A stretch of 64,000 nucleotides of DNA from Callorhinchus milii (taxonomy: Eukaryota): contig NW_024704742.1 of the NCBI RefSeq assembly GCF_018977255.1, positions 131,008,001 through 131,072,000 on the forward strand. The letters are read 5' to 3'. Positions within the stretch are counted from its first letter, which is position 1. Every line of letters begins with the position of its first letter. The position numbers were made by a program, and so were the translations under genes. The notes below the pieces were generated by a model. That model was given only the letters and a program-made list of their open reading frames with translations. It did no database searches and was not told the DNA's origin. Of this stretch, positions 12,833-26,240 are shown one piece after another.

Positions 12833-14452
12833 ATCTCTCCCCAAATTGCCATTAGATGAACCACAGCCTTCCATTCAACTTCACCAACAACTAGTATTTA
12901 TATAGCACCCCTCACGCAGGGTAGTGTCCCAAAGCACCTTTGTGTTAATGGCCCAGCACATGCCTCAGTTCACCTGTGAATCACAGCCTCCAGCTGCCTT
13001 CTCACCAACCATCATCTGCCTGAGCCACCTCCATCTATCCTGGCGTTCGCCGCCTTTTAGCTGCCAGCGTGTAAGTGTTTTGTTTGGCAAAGGGATGGCA
13101 GGAAGCAACAAAACTGACAAACTTTCCAACCAGCTCCTCAGACAGGATATCAGCCACTGACTATACCAACGGGAGTGAAGCTGCTTTGCTCCCAGGAGTG
13201 GAGTGATTGCAGAGCGGGAAGCCCAATTTACACTTCCTGCTGGGTCGGGGCTCGGTCAAGACTGAGACCTGATTTTGTGACAATGTATTACGCACAGCCG
13301 GGCTTCGGTGCTTGTGTGAAATTCAATATCTCTTTAACATTTAAAAAACAGTTGGTCGTACAGTCAGCCCTTTTGACAGTATATTCTGTGAAACGCTTTG
13401 GGGCATCTCAATGACTTGGTGAGGTGCTATGTCAAATGCAAGGATTATTATCATTTTATTATTATTAACAACAATGAGGTGGCAGCATTCTGCAGCCAAA
13501 CGCGCAGTTTAAACGCAGCATAAAACCTCCCTGCAAAGTGCGGCTAGCTGGAAGCCTCAACCGTGATTTAATCGGTCGGTTACCGCTGACTGAACAACTG
13601 TTCAGCACATCACGAACCTGTGCCAACACTGTAGAGTGAAGCATCCAAGCTCTCTGCAGTCAAAACAGCAACACTGAGAGCGTCTCACTAGATGGCGTTG
13701 GGGGCTGTCAGCCATTTCACTCTGCCTGCACCGTGAGCAGTTAGACACTGAACCAGCATTAATTAATGCCTCGGCTGCCTCCGAACTGCACTTTCCAAGT
13801 GCCGTCAGTGCAAATATATGAGTACGTATCATCAAGTAGAAAATAGCAGATTTAAATATATATATTCTAAAGATAGTGCGCATGCTATACATATATTGTA
13901 TATTTCGCCCCCAAAATCCACTCTACAGTGTATACTGTGAAGCGCTTTGAGACATCGCGATGTGATAAGCTGCTATATCAAATGCAAAGATTTTTATTAT
14001 ATAGGTTGCATATATGTATACGTATATTGTGTATTTATAGGGTGAGTATTTTATACATATATTACATATATAATATATGTGATATATATAATATATATTG
14101 TGGAGTCCTTGTAACTTAGTAGTTAGAGGACTCTAGAAGACATGATGAGGTGCTATATTAAATGCAAGGATTATTATTATTATATAATATTAAGGTCTTT
14201 CTTTTCGATCAGGGTTTTGGTCACTTTTCATCCAACCCTATCAGCCCCTGTCCACCCCCAGCTCAGGCTTACAGTTCTGTGAAGTGCTTTGAGATGTCCT
14301 CCTGACATGAAAGATGTGCTATATGAAAGCAAAGTAAAATTATTATCACTGTTGTTGTATTGCAGCATAAGATGCTGTAGTTCCTGCATTAATAGGAGTT
14401 TATCAAGTCAATAATTGATCATCACGATAGATACAATTGATATTGACGCATT

Positions 14453-14772
14453 AGTCCTGTAGCTCAGTGGTTAGAGCACTCGCCTTGCAAGTGAGAGACC
14501 TGAGTTCAATTCCAGGCAGGGCGAAACCTTTGGCAAGTTTCCTTACTCCACACACCTAATAATAATCCCTCCAAAAACAAAAACAATAATAAATTGGTCA
14601 TTTTCAATCCACTACTGTTTGTGGGACACTGCTGTGCACAATTGGCTGCCGAGTTTCACCCTCAAATATACAGTCAATTCACTTTACAGTATATTCTGTG
14701 AAGCGCTTTGAGACTGTCTCGAAGATGTGAAAAGCGCTATATCAAATGCAAGGATTATTATTATTATTATTA
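14453..14772 (+). mobile_element. SINE family A, near full length, short internal form
   Basis: agtcctgtagctcagtggttagagcactcgccttgcaagtgagagacctgagttcaattccaggcagggcg...atcaaatgcaagga(tta)n. Confidence 0.9.
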
Positions 14773-15904
14773 TCTCACCGATAGCTGGGTGAGAAACTTC
14801 AGTCTGCGTGACTGCAGGAATCGCTGAAAATAGGCGACAGTGGGGTGATGTCTATGGAGTTTCATAACATTAACATGGAGGATGTGTTACGAAACGCTGA
14901 AAATTTCACCCCAGTGAACGGAGCTAACATCTGGAGCAATCAATAGAACCGTAGAAATGTGCAGCACAGAAGATGGCCATTTGGCCCATCGTGGCTGAGC
15001 TTTTCAGTCTTTCTTTCAGTCCCATTTACCTGCCCTTTCTCCCATACCCCTGTAGGTATTTATCTAGTTGCGTTTCGAAAGCTAGTATGTATTCTGCCTT
15101 TCAAAAGCAAAAACCTCTCTTTCAAAAACAAATGGGATAGCTTTATGTTGGGAAATAATATCTCGGGATACGGTATATAGTTTGGGACATGAGATGTGCA
15201 CATGACTGCCAGGATGGTGGAAAGCGAAGTGGATGAACCTTGGTCCTCTTTCATCGAGCAAATGTTCTTAGGTTCCACCTCAACCACTTCTCCTGGCAGG
15301 GAGTTCCATATCCTCTGTGCGTGTGAAAAAAACACCTTCTCCTAACCTTCCCATTTGCTGGTTCGCTAACTATCTTAATTTTGCCCTCTAGCCTAGTCTA
15401 GTCACTGACTCACTGACCAGTGGAAATAAATTCTCCCTATTGACTCTATTAAAAAACTCCTTGCAATTTTAAAGACCTCTATCAGGTCACCTTCTTTGTT
15501 CCAAAGCATCCCTGATACTTTGAGCTCACAATTTTGACCCGAGTTTAATTGTGTCATGTAACATATTTTATACCGTGAAGTCAGACCGAATACGCTACAG
15601 TTCGCATTACACGGTGTCCATTAAGTTTTGTAAGTCATTACGCAGAGCGATGTGGGAGCAACTCAGGTCATTGCTATCAGATCTCACTGATCCCTTCATG
15701 GTCTGATGGATTATTTTATTTCTTATGTTCCATATATCATATTTATTGATAGGGTAGGTTTTAGAGGATTTGCCCTTAAATGGTTAAAGGTTATACATTT
15801 TTAAATCGTGCAATAACTGCTCCTTACAAATGTAGCAGGAAACCATTAAACTGCCCTGCGTTCTCTTCCGTGCTCACAGGGATATGTTCCATAACATTGA
15901 CGAA

Positions 15905-16250
15905 TGGAGCAGAGCAGAGAGAGAGACAGAGCAGAGCAAGCAGTGAAGGAGCGAGAGAGAGAGGAAAGAGAGAGCGAGAGAACACACAGAGAAGATAGAG
16001 AGCAGAGCAAAGAGAGACAGAGAGCAAAGAGCGAAAGCAGAGAGAGCGATAGAGAGAGAGAGTGCAGAGTAAAGCAGAGAGAGAAAGCTGAGAGAGAACA
16101 GAGCAGAGAGAGAGAGCGAAGCAGAGAATCAGAGTGGAAAGAACGCAGAGTAGAGCAAAGCAGAGAGAGAGAGACAGCGATAAAAGAGCAGAGAGGGAGA
16201 GAGAGCAAAGGAGAGAGCAGGGCAAGAGCAGAGAGAACAAAGCAGAACAA
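15905..16250. repeat. Degenerate (GA)n/GAGCA purine-rich microsatellite
   Basis: About 345 nt of agagagc-type units next to an L2 tail. Confidence 0.9.
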
Positions 16251-16660
16251 CAACAACAAATTACATTTTTACAGCGGACTTCACATTGGGAGGACGTCCC
16301 AAAGCGCTGGACAGTCAGGGATTTGCACCCACATTGGGGGTTGGGATCAGGGAGGGTGGAGGGCAGGGAGGGTGGGGGTAAGAGGATGACTGATGATGCA
16401 GTCGAAGAGGAGGGTCTTGAGACGGGCCTTGAAGGAAGGGAGGGGGAGAGGCGAAGGGACTGTGTGATGGAGTTCCAGAGGGTGGGGGCAGAAAGACTGA
16501 AGGCCCAACCGTTGAAGTTGGGGTGGGCCATTGGGGATGGGGGGGAGTGACGACTTGGAGCAGGCTGGAGCCCAGTACGGAGTTAGCAGGTCACGGAGGT
16601 AGGGAGGAGCAAGGCCATGGAGGGCTTCGAGAGCAGAGACCAAGAGAAGAGAGAGGAGAG
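16245..16660 (-). mobile_element. L2-clade LINE 3' fragment
   Basis: Remnant peptides ALHGLAPPYLRDLLTPY, WAFSLSAPTLWNS and FKARLKTLLFD; (GTT)n tail. Confidence 0.85.
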
Positions 16661-18304
16661 CAAAGCTTAGCCCACTCACATAAACAAACTCCCAGCAACC
16701 TGTACACGGACTGCAATGCCAGCCCACGTGACTGCCAACCTTATTATCCCTTCAGTGAAGCCACAGCCACCGCTGAACTCAGCTCACCGGGCACAGGATG
16801 ATTTATAAAGAAAGCTGAAAAATTTTTACTTTAAAAATAATTTATAGACCGTTCTAACGTAAGGAATAACAAATGCCTGTCACTGACTTTAAGACAGTAA
16901 TTCAATCCTGAGGTCCTGGTGATGTTTATAAACCACTAAAGGTCCATTCTCATTGAATTACTGCCTTATATCTCACCACCATCTATCTATCCATCACGGC
17001 AGATACTGCACACTGTGCATGATAATACTGGACAATCAGAATATAACAGGAAGAGAGGAGATGAAGACATTTTAGTTGTAGCATATCTCTATGTGGGATT
17101 AGGGGTTTTGTGACTTTGAAGGGAGGGGAAAGAAATACACTCACAAGATCGGTTCATGTGCCTTTCAACCCTTTTGATCTCATCCTTACAGCAAGTATAC
17201 CCAACCCACAATCTTCCACCTTTCATGAATATTATTACCCTTATTACTGTTATATAATAATAATAATAACCCTTGTATTCAAAATAATGCCTTGTCTTGT
17301 TGAAATTGAGTGGGGTCTCATAACATAGCGGTCAGCACACTCTCCTCGCAAGTGAGAGAACCTGGGTTTGATTCCCGGGCCGGGTGAAACCTTAGGCAAG
17401 TTTCCTTACTCCACACACCTCTGTTTGCCTAGCAGCAAGTGGGAACCAGGTAATTAATCGATTGACGGATCGCTTTTTGCTGGTAATAATCCCTCAAAAA
17501 AAATCCACAACTGTTTGAGTGACACTGCTGTGCTCAATTGGCTGCTGCGTTTCACCCACAAAATAGGCGGTCCGTCCACTTTACAGTGTATTCTGTGAAG
17601 CGCTTTGAGACGTCTCAATGACGTGATAAATCACTATATCAATTGCAAGGATTATTATTTTTAAATGCCTCAAATCAATGAGTAGGATTTCCCGTAAAGT
17701 GTAGTAGTGACTGTGTGTTTTGTAGGTGAATGCACCAGCCACAGAAATGCAGCAGTGTACACACCAACAGTCATTAAGGACCAATTTTGTCTGAGGGATT
17801 CTTGGCCAGGACACCAGAGGTAAATCCTGTGAATCATTCTGAGACGCCCTCCTGACACGAAAGGCGCTACTGTATATCAAATGCAAGGATTATTATTTAT
17901 TATACAGGCACTCCAAGGTCGGGCTCTCTTCATTGCTCTAATATTAGACGTAAAACAACTACAACGAACATTACAAATTTTACCTGTCGTCACATTTAAC
18001 CTCTGAAAAGATTGTCAGAGGCGCTTTCTAAGTTGGAAGGATTGGGTCTGAGTGGCTGAGACCACATTACTTATATAAACAATACAACACACAATTACAT
18101 TTGCAAAGCGCCTTTCACGTAGGGAGGACGTCCTAAGGCGCTGAACAGCCGGGGATTAGGAAGGAGGCAAGGGAGGGAGTGAGGCGAATGGAACGTGGGA
18201 TGGAGTTCCAGAGAGTAGGGGCAGAGAGGCTGAACGCCTGACCGCCGATGGTGGGGCGAACAGGGCGGGAGACATTAATTAATTTATTACTCTCTCTGAC
18301 ACTT

Positions 18305-18956
18305 ATAATAATAATCCTTGCATTTGATATAGCACTTTATCACATTGTTTTGACGTCTCAAAGTGCTTCACGGAATATACTGTAAAGTGAATTGACTGTG
18401 CATTTTGTGGGCGAAACGCAGCACAACGGTGTCCACCAAACAGTTTGTTCCTCCGGGTCTGGCCTCCTCCTCGTCCCCCGAGTCCTCCTCTCCACCCTCG
18501 GCGGTTGTGCCTTCAGCCACTATGCCCCGAGGCTCTGGAACTGCCTTCCTCACTCCCTTCGTCTCGCTTCCTCCCTTCCTATTTTCAGGTCTCTGCTGAA
18601 GACCTTTCTTTTCGACCGCGCTTTTGGTCACCTTCCTCCCCCTCCCCCTGGCTCGATCCCTGGATCTATGACTGTAAAGCGCTCTGAGATGCCGTCCGGC
18701 GTGGAGGGCGCTATATAAATCCAAGTTGTTGTTATTGTTGTTGGATTGAGTGACCAAATTATTGTTATTGATTTTTTGGAAGTGGTTATTACGCCCGGAA
18801 AACTATGTGCCAATCGACTAACAATCGGGATCCTACTTATTGCTAGGTAAACAGAGTCGTGTGGAGTAAGAAAACTTGGCTAAGGTTTTGCCCTGCCCGG
18901 GAATCGAACCTCTTGCTTGCAAGGCAAATGCTCTAACCAATACGCTACAGGACTCC
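18305..18956 (-). mobile_element. SINE family A interrupted by a plus-strand L2 3' fragment (about 18447-18742)
   Basis: SINE tail 18305-18435 and head/core 18742-18956 flank the L2 remnant SGSGLLLVPR...AFSHYAPRLWNCLP...FRSLLKTFLFDRAF ending in (GTT)n. Confidence 0.85.
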
Positions 18957-20442
18957 AGGGTTGAAAACAGACAGATCTATGTAGTTCAGAGTTAAAGAGG
19001 CCACTGTTACACCTCCATAGGATGATTGAGGGTGGGAAAACCAGGAGTAGCCTTTGGAAACTCATCACAATCTCAAGACGACTGGGAAAAATATGGTAGA
19101 AATGTTTTCTTAATTAAATATATATGGATTCAGCTTGTTATATCTAGTCCTTCCAATTTAGGATGTGCCCTCTGTCAATCTTTTCAGTAGGTTAAATGTG
19201 ACGACGGCTAACATTTTAGTTGATTAAATTTATCCTATTTTCTTAGCATTTCAGAACGTGCAGAATTTGGAAAAGTGTTAAATGGAGTCTCAATTGCGAG
19301 GCTGTTTTTTTACTGTAAATTTTGTTTGAAGGCCTACAGAAAACTGACCGCAGTGTTCGGACAGAAATCAACACTTTCAGACAACAACAACGTTGATGTG
19401 TTGAACATGATAAAGGGATCTGATAGGGTAAATACAGAGAAACTATTTAATCTGGTGGAGAAATCCAGAACAAAGAGGACATAATCTTGAAATTAGTGCC
19501 AGGCCATTCAGGAGTGAAATTAGGAGGCACTTTTTCAGACAAAGGGCAGTGGAAATCTGGAACAAAAGGCTGTGAATGCTGGATCCATTCACAATTTCAA
19601 GACTGAGGTGCTAAGTAAACAGAGGCGTGTGGAGTAAGGAAACTTGCCTAAGGTTTCCCCCTGCCCAGGCATCGAACCAAGAACCTCTCACTTACTAGGC
19701 GAGCATGCTAACCACTATGCTCCAGGACTCCACAATCATTGTTCAGCATTATTACCACATCTATTAAGGCCCCATTCTACAAAGCGCTTTGCAGAGGCAA
19801 TATTGCCACCATGACAATGTTCCTTTCAACCACTTGGCCTTCTGTGTTTGCAAGCCAAAGATTATTGTTATTAATAGCTCGCAGTGGTGAGTAGCGAGTT
19901 AATCGCTCTTGACTGAAATGTTTAACATTGGGGGGAAATAAAAAATGCTATGATAATGGTAGGTTGGCACATTAGTAATACTTTACTGGAACCATTAAAT
20001 CTCTCCCCTATTCCAATTCACTCCACTCAGTACTGGAAAAAATGACCGACGAGGCAAGCAAATGCAGTACTTTAAAGCATGGGACGAGAATTTGTCTGCA
20101 AGCCCATAAAACGATGCTGGATACCTGAATAACATACACACTCACACATACACAGGGAGAAATTCCACCTAGATATTGAGCTACTTCATTTCGTCCACAA
20201 AATACACCATCTCTACACATTACAGTGTGAAATGCTATGTAAATAGAGTAAATCTAGACCCAGCTGGAATCTTTCCCTAACATGCATTCGCTCTGCCTGT
20301 CTCTCTGTGTTGGAAATGCACAGCTTGTTGATAAGCCCCTGAAAGCCAATGGTTAGTTAGGCTAATGTTCCGGGCGTGACTGGTCATGGTGAGTCAGTCG
20401 GTGCTTTGTTTCCACGCGCGGTGGAATAAAGGAGCCACTTAC

Positions 20443-20586
20443 CGCTTGGGCATAAGCACCGTACGCGCCGAACTGGATGGCCATCGGGTTGAACATCCCC
20501 ATCTGTCCTGCCATCTGCTGCATGCGACGCATCGTACGCTCCTTATCGGTGTCCGCAAATTTTACCACGAGGCTGGAGGAAGCCCC
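20443..20586 (-). CDS. CELF4: CELF4 internal exon (144 nt), end of RRM2 and start of the divergent domain
   Basis: Acceptor tctctctctgccttccag|GGG GCT TCC; donor CAA GCG|gtaagt; peptide [48 protein letters not shown]; phase 0/0. Confidence 0.96.
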
Positions 20587-20978
20587 CTGGAAGGCAGAGA
20601 GAGAAACGTCAACGCGGGTTGTCATGCAGCAGCGTAACATGGTCAGCAACACACTGCACACCGCTACCTACTGCTCCGCCCTCTTCCTGTCTTCCATTTG
20701 CAGTGTAGCAGAGCATCGGGAAGGCACAGGATCAGGACAGACTGGCCCAGTCCATCTGATCCATCCCAATATCAAAACGTACATTTCAAAGGATTGCTGT
20801 TTCTTAAATTAGTTTTTTTTTGGTCACCCGGGTGTCTGACACCTGCCGACACCCAGCACCGAGCTTCACAGTATCCAAACCAAACTGAGATTTCCATGCA
20901 TCCCATCTACACATGGAAATTCCAGCATCCTGGCCTCAACCATCCTTCCTGATTACCTGTACAAGCAGTTGATTACCT

Positions 20979-21150
<172 letters not shown>

Positions 21151-22399
21151 TATCATTCATTCAGTGTCTCCATATACTGCGCCACACAGGGCATTTAAAT
21201 GTGTTTCTGCAAACATTACTCCCAACAATTGATGCTCTTTCATTTTGCATATCCTGCAGTAAAGTATTTTTTAATGTGTAAAATCATTTCCTACTCATTA
21301 TCATTAGAATAATTTCTTAATTGCATTAAATTTGTGTCTCAATTAAAAAAAAGTGCTAATTTATTTGATTAATTCCAGTTAAGCAAATAGCTCGTTTGCA
21401 CCCAAATGTCAGTCAAATGTCAGAAACGCTCACCAAACAAGAACTTCTGATTGAAAAACATTAACATGTTACTAGTTTTGCATCCGAGATGTAATCAAAA
21501 TATATGTGTATCAATATCAACTTGTTAGTTTAAAAATAAATACATTTTTCTCCCACAGACGCTACAGTCCTTCCCTAGTGATTCTGTTCAGACAAGATGA
21601 CTTCAGGGGATGGCAATTAATATTCCAAACGCCTCTCGACTCAAAGCTTCGTAACAGGATGTAAATAATGTAAGAATGTCAACCTGACTCTGTGGTTCAG
21701 TCGGAAGAACTCAAGAACTCTGGCCTCAAGGGGTGGGGGCGGTGATACGTAGGTTCAAGACCCACTGGAAGCTTCCATTCCACCATTGCTGGCTGCGCTT
21801 TCAGCCACTATGCCCCGAAACTCTGGAACACCCTTCCTCTATCCCTGCGCCTTTCTTCCCCATTTCAGGTCGCGCCTGAAGACTTTCCTATTCGACTGTG
21901 CCTGCGGTCACCTCCCGCCCGCCCTCCCTCCCCCCAGCTCGGCGTTGTGCTCCGCCACCGTCAAGCACTCTGGGATGCTCCCCTACGTGTGGGCCGCTAC
22001 TCTCTCATCCTCGTGTTACACCATTGATGGGTGAGCTCCTATTCTCTTGTCTCTGGAACTCTCTTCCCCCAAATCGCCTTCTCAGTGTATCCTCTCTCCT
22101 CCCTATCAAACTGCTTTGTGTTGCAGTGCTTGAGTCTGGCCAGCAGGTGTCACTGTGGCAGCGCTGTTTTACGCAGTGCATTGGCAGGTCTCAAGGGTCC
22201 TGGACAGGCTTGAGAACCAGTGGATGGGAGTGTGGGTGGGAATATTATTTATAAAGTGAAAACTTACTCACTGGCGGCACGCAACCATCAATCGTGTTTC
22301 CTGACCCGAAGAACCCCACGAGCACAGTTATTATTTTCAAGGAAGGAGGTGGAAAAAAAATTAAATCATTTGAGAAACAATTCCCAGTGCCTTTTTATG

Positions 22400-22790
22400 A
22401 TAATAATTATCCTTGGAATTGATACAGCGCCCTTCACATCAGGAGGACGTCTCACAACACTTTGCGGGATTTACTGTTAGATGTGTTTGCCTGCAAAAAC
22501 AGTATTTTGCAGGTAAACACAGCAGTCGATTTGAGCACAGGAAGGTCCCACACACAGCCATGGAGCGAAGGACCATTTTTATCTGGGGGATTGTTGGCCA
22601 GGACACTGGGAGAAACTCCCTCTACTCAATCCTTGGCTGTTTGTGGGACAATTGCTGTGTGCAACTGGCTGCCCCATTTCATCCTCAAAATACACAGTCA
22701 AGTGCATGTGTGTTCAAAGTCTTGATATGGGACTTGAACCCACAACTTCCTGACTCAGATGAAAGAGTTCTACCAACTGAGCCAGGATGA
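22400..22790 (-). mobile_element. SINE family B composite (with a short plus-strand tail piece inside)
   Basis: Tail, ggccaggacactgggagaaactccc core and head ...gacttgaacccacaacttcctgactcag...ccaactgagccagg. Confidence 0.7.
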
Positions 22791-25700
22791 TACATGGCTT
22801 TTCCTAACTCTTTCTCACCTTTCTGGTGTTACAGCTGCTATATTGATACAGGAGGGTCAGGCATAGAACCTCTTGTGTTCCTACCTCGGACTCTCCTGCT
22901 GGAATGTTCCTCTCTACGTTCGGTAAGAAGACTGAAGAAGAGGAAACTATTGCTGATCTCAGCAGCTGTACAGCTCATTCCAGATGTGACTTAGTGTAAT
23001 TTATATTGCAAAGAGGGAATGGAATTAATGGGCAAATAAAAACAATTTACATAATAGGAATTTTGCAGCTGAAAGCACTTCCTCAGAAAACACCTGAGGC
23101 TTTTCCTCTTCAACTGCGCTTGTGATCACCTCCCTTTTCTCCCCGGCTCGGCATTAAACTACGCAACTGATAAGTGCTCTAAGATGCTATACCACATGAA
23201 GGGCGCGGTATATAAATGCAAGTTTTCCTTTCTTCAGAATTGAATTTAATTGAAGCGTGAGCTGGTAAAATATCCCGTGTATATCCGCTTGGGTATATAT
23301 TTGTGTATTTGTGTGTACTTACGTGTGTCCATGTGTATATATGTGTGCAGTTGTGTGTGAAAGAAGTGTTAAGTGTTAAGTGTTAAGCTCACAGCTACAA
23401 CCTTGCTATGTGAAGTGCTGAGTGGAATAATCTCCCAGAAGATATCTAGGGTCCTGTACCTTTAACAAAGCCCAAGCTTGCAGACAGAGCTTCCAAAGGC
23501 AAGCTATGTGGTTTTAGCTGGTTAAACTCCAGCAGTTACCCCAACGCACACTCTGAGGTCCCCAAGCCTTGGTTCTGGCGAAGGAGCCTTCCCTCGTCTC
23601 TTTCAAGTTCCGTCTCAAGACCTTCCTCTTTGACCGTGCCTTCGATCATCCTCTCCCCCCCAGCCCCTTGGCCCCAACCCCTCCTGAATACAACTCCCAG
23701 CTCGGGTGCAAACTCTTGACAGTCCAACACCTTGGATATCCTCCTGACTTGAAAGGCGCTATATAAATATGATTTGTGCTGATGTTGTTGTTATTGTTGT
23801 TGAAACGCTCCGCCCTTTCCTGGCCAAACGACTACGGGAAACAATCTCACCGGCCGGTTGCACCATTGGCGTCTCAGAGGGCGAGACCCAGGGCTTTCAG
23901 CCCAAACTGCCCGGCTCCTTTAAGAGCAGCCCGACTGCAATACACGAGTAGCTTGTGGGAATGGATTGAGTCATTTTTCAACACGTGCTCGCTCTCTGCT
24001 GCTTCCAGTCAGCGTTCAGACAGGTTTGTTCCAATCTTTTTTTTACCGCGTTCACCAAAATCCCTTCCCTCCTCTCCATTCCGCCCACAGAGCCGAGTCA
24101 GAGCCGGAGGTGACCGTAGGCCCAATCAAAGACGAAGGTCTTCAGGTGTGATTTGAAGATGGTTAAGGAGGGGGCAAGGCGGAGGGATTGAGGAAAGCTA
24201 CCGTCTCAAACACTGCTGCCCCAACCATCCCAGTCCCCCCATCCTATCCCTCTCTCCTCAACTACTTTACAGTATATCCTTTGAGACGTCTCGACGACAT
24301 GATAAGGCGCTGTATCAAATGCAAGGATTATTCTTCCAGCTGCTTGCACCCCACACAGGTGGCAATGGGTTAGAGTGAGAGGAGACTCTCTCGCCCTCCC
24401 CACTTCTCAGTGAGCGATTGAGGAGGAGAAGGGAGGGAGGAGGGAGGGAGGGAGGAAGGAGGAGGCGGAGAAGGGGAGTGGGGGTAAGTGAGCTCCTGCA
24501 GTTGGGTGATTCATGCCGCCTGGGATGAAAGTGCTGAGCACGAGGTCCCTTTTCAGGTGAATTATCCCATAGCTTCGGCAACACACAAATGGTAATGCCT
24601 CGAGCTGTCAGTTTACCTGCACAGATTGTTTTTGTGTCTGTGTGTGTGTGGGAATTGTTTAAATAATTAACTGGGGGGGAGGCAGTTTGTGTGTACCGGT
24701 GTGAAGTACAAAGACAGTGAGCACAGAGGAAATCCAGGCTGGCCCAAGAAGACTGTTAAATTCACGGAACAAAGCGAAAAGAAGCGCTGTGTGAAACGCA
24801 GGTTATCCTGCTCCAAAACTCCATCTGTAAGTTACAGACAGAGAAATAATAATAATAATCATAATCCTTGCATTTGATACAGGACCTTATTACATTGTCG
24901 AGACGTCTCAAAGGGCTTCCACAGGATATGTGTAAAGTGAATTGACCGGCTATGTTGTCAATTGGCCAAAATAAATAAACGCAGTCTATGGCTTTGTGCA
25001 GATGATCTTTTTTTCTCTGGAAGCCGGTTTGCTTAGACCGGTTGGTCGCTAACGTCATTTTATTCGGAGCCGCTCAAGCTTGCCTATCCCTCTCTCCTCT
25101 AATTGTCAGTCCAACAGGTAAGTTCTTAGTCTCATGAAAGCAGAGTGGCTTCAAGCCTCTGGAGACCAGCTCTGCCTCTGAGGACCACGTTACTGTCCGT
25201 GTTGGTCTGTTACTCTGTACGTTCCTGTAATGCCTGGAGCGGTTTCACTGCAGGTTAAAGTGACTTTTCACAACGCTAATTTCACATCACAGTAAGTTGA
25301 AAAGTTGTCATTACTTCTGCCCGCCTTTGTGTTCACCAACTAAATGTGTCGTAATGTAACTCGCTTGGATTCTAATGTTCCTTCCTTCGGTTCGGTTCAG
25401 TAATAATAATAATACTCCTTGCATTTGATTTTGACATAGCGCTTTATCACATCATCGAGACGTCTTAAAGCGCTTCACAGGATATACTGTAAACTGGACT
25501 GACGTATATTCTGTGGGCGAAACGTGGTAACCACTGGTTTGGTAACTGCAATGATAACGTTTCCATTTCCTCTCATTTTTTTGTCGCAATAATGTAACCG
25601 ACCTTTATCTGAACTCGCGAATAATTACTCTGAGACAGTAATAATAACTGTCGATTTCCAGGTCATTGTACCTGGCTGTTTGTAATGGGGTTTTGAGATC

Positions 25701-25859
25701 AATAACACCAGGAGAAAGAGATAATTGCCTTTAAATGCATGCTTTAGATGTAGGGCGACTTCTAATGCAAAGTGCAACATCGCCGAATCGAAAACAATTA
25801 AATTTTTTTAAATTAACCCTTTCCTTACAATTCAAATCAAATAATGTTATTATTTTATA

Positions 25860-26240
25860 ATAATTTGCTAATATTTTATAATGCATTTGATATGGCGCCT
25901 TACCACATCTTCGAGACGTCTCAAGGTGCTTCACAGAATACATTGCAAAGTGATATGACTGTATATTGTGTGGGTAAAACGCTGCAGTCAATTGCATGCA
26001 GCAGTGCCCCACAAACAGTCGTGGATTGAGTGACCAAATTATTATTATTTTTTTTGAAGGAATTATTACCCCCGGAAAGTGATCCACCAATCGACTAATA
26101 ACTGGGTTCCTAATTACTGCGAGGTAAATAGGAGCGTGTGGAGTAAGGAAACTTGCCCAACACTTCGCCCTGCCGGGAATCGATCCCAGGTCTCTCGCTT
26201 GCGAGGTGAGTGCTCTAACCACTGAGCTACAGGACTCCAC
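25860..26240 (-). mobile_element. SINE family A, full-length long form
   Basis: Reverse complement of head (ctaaccactgagctacaggactcc), central block and tail. Confidence 0.9.

Noticed and set aside
15824..16531. 235-aa minus ORF and overlapping R/E-rich plus ORF
   Set aside because: L2 tail plus GA microsatellite; low complexity, no domain
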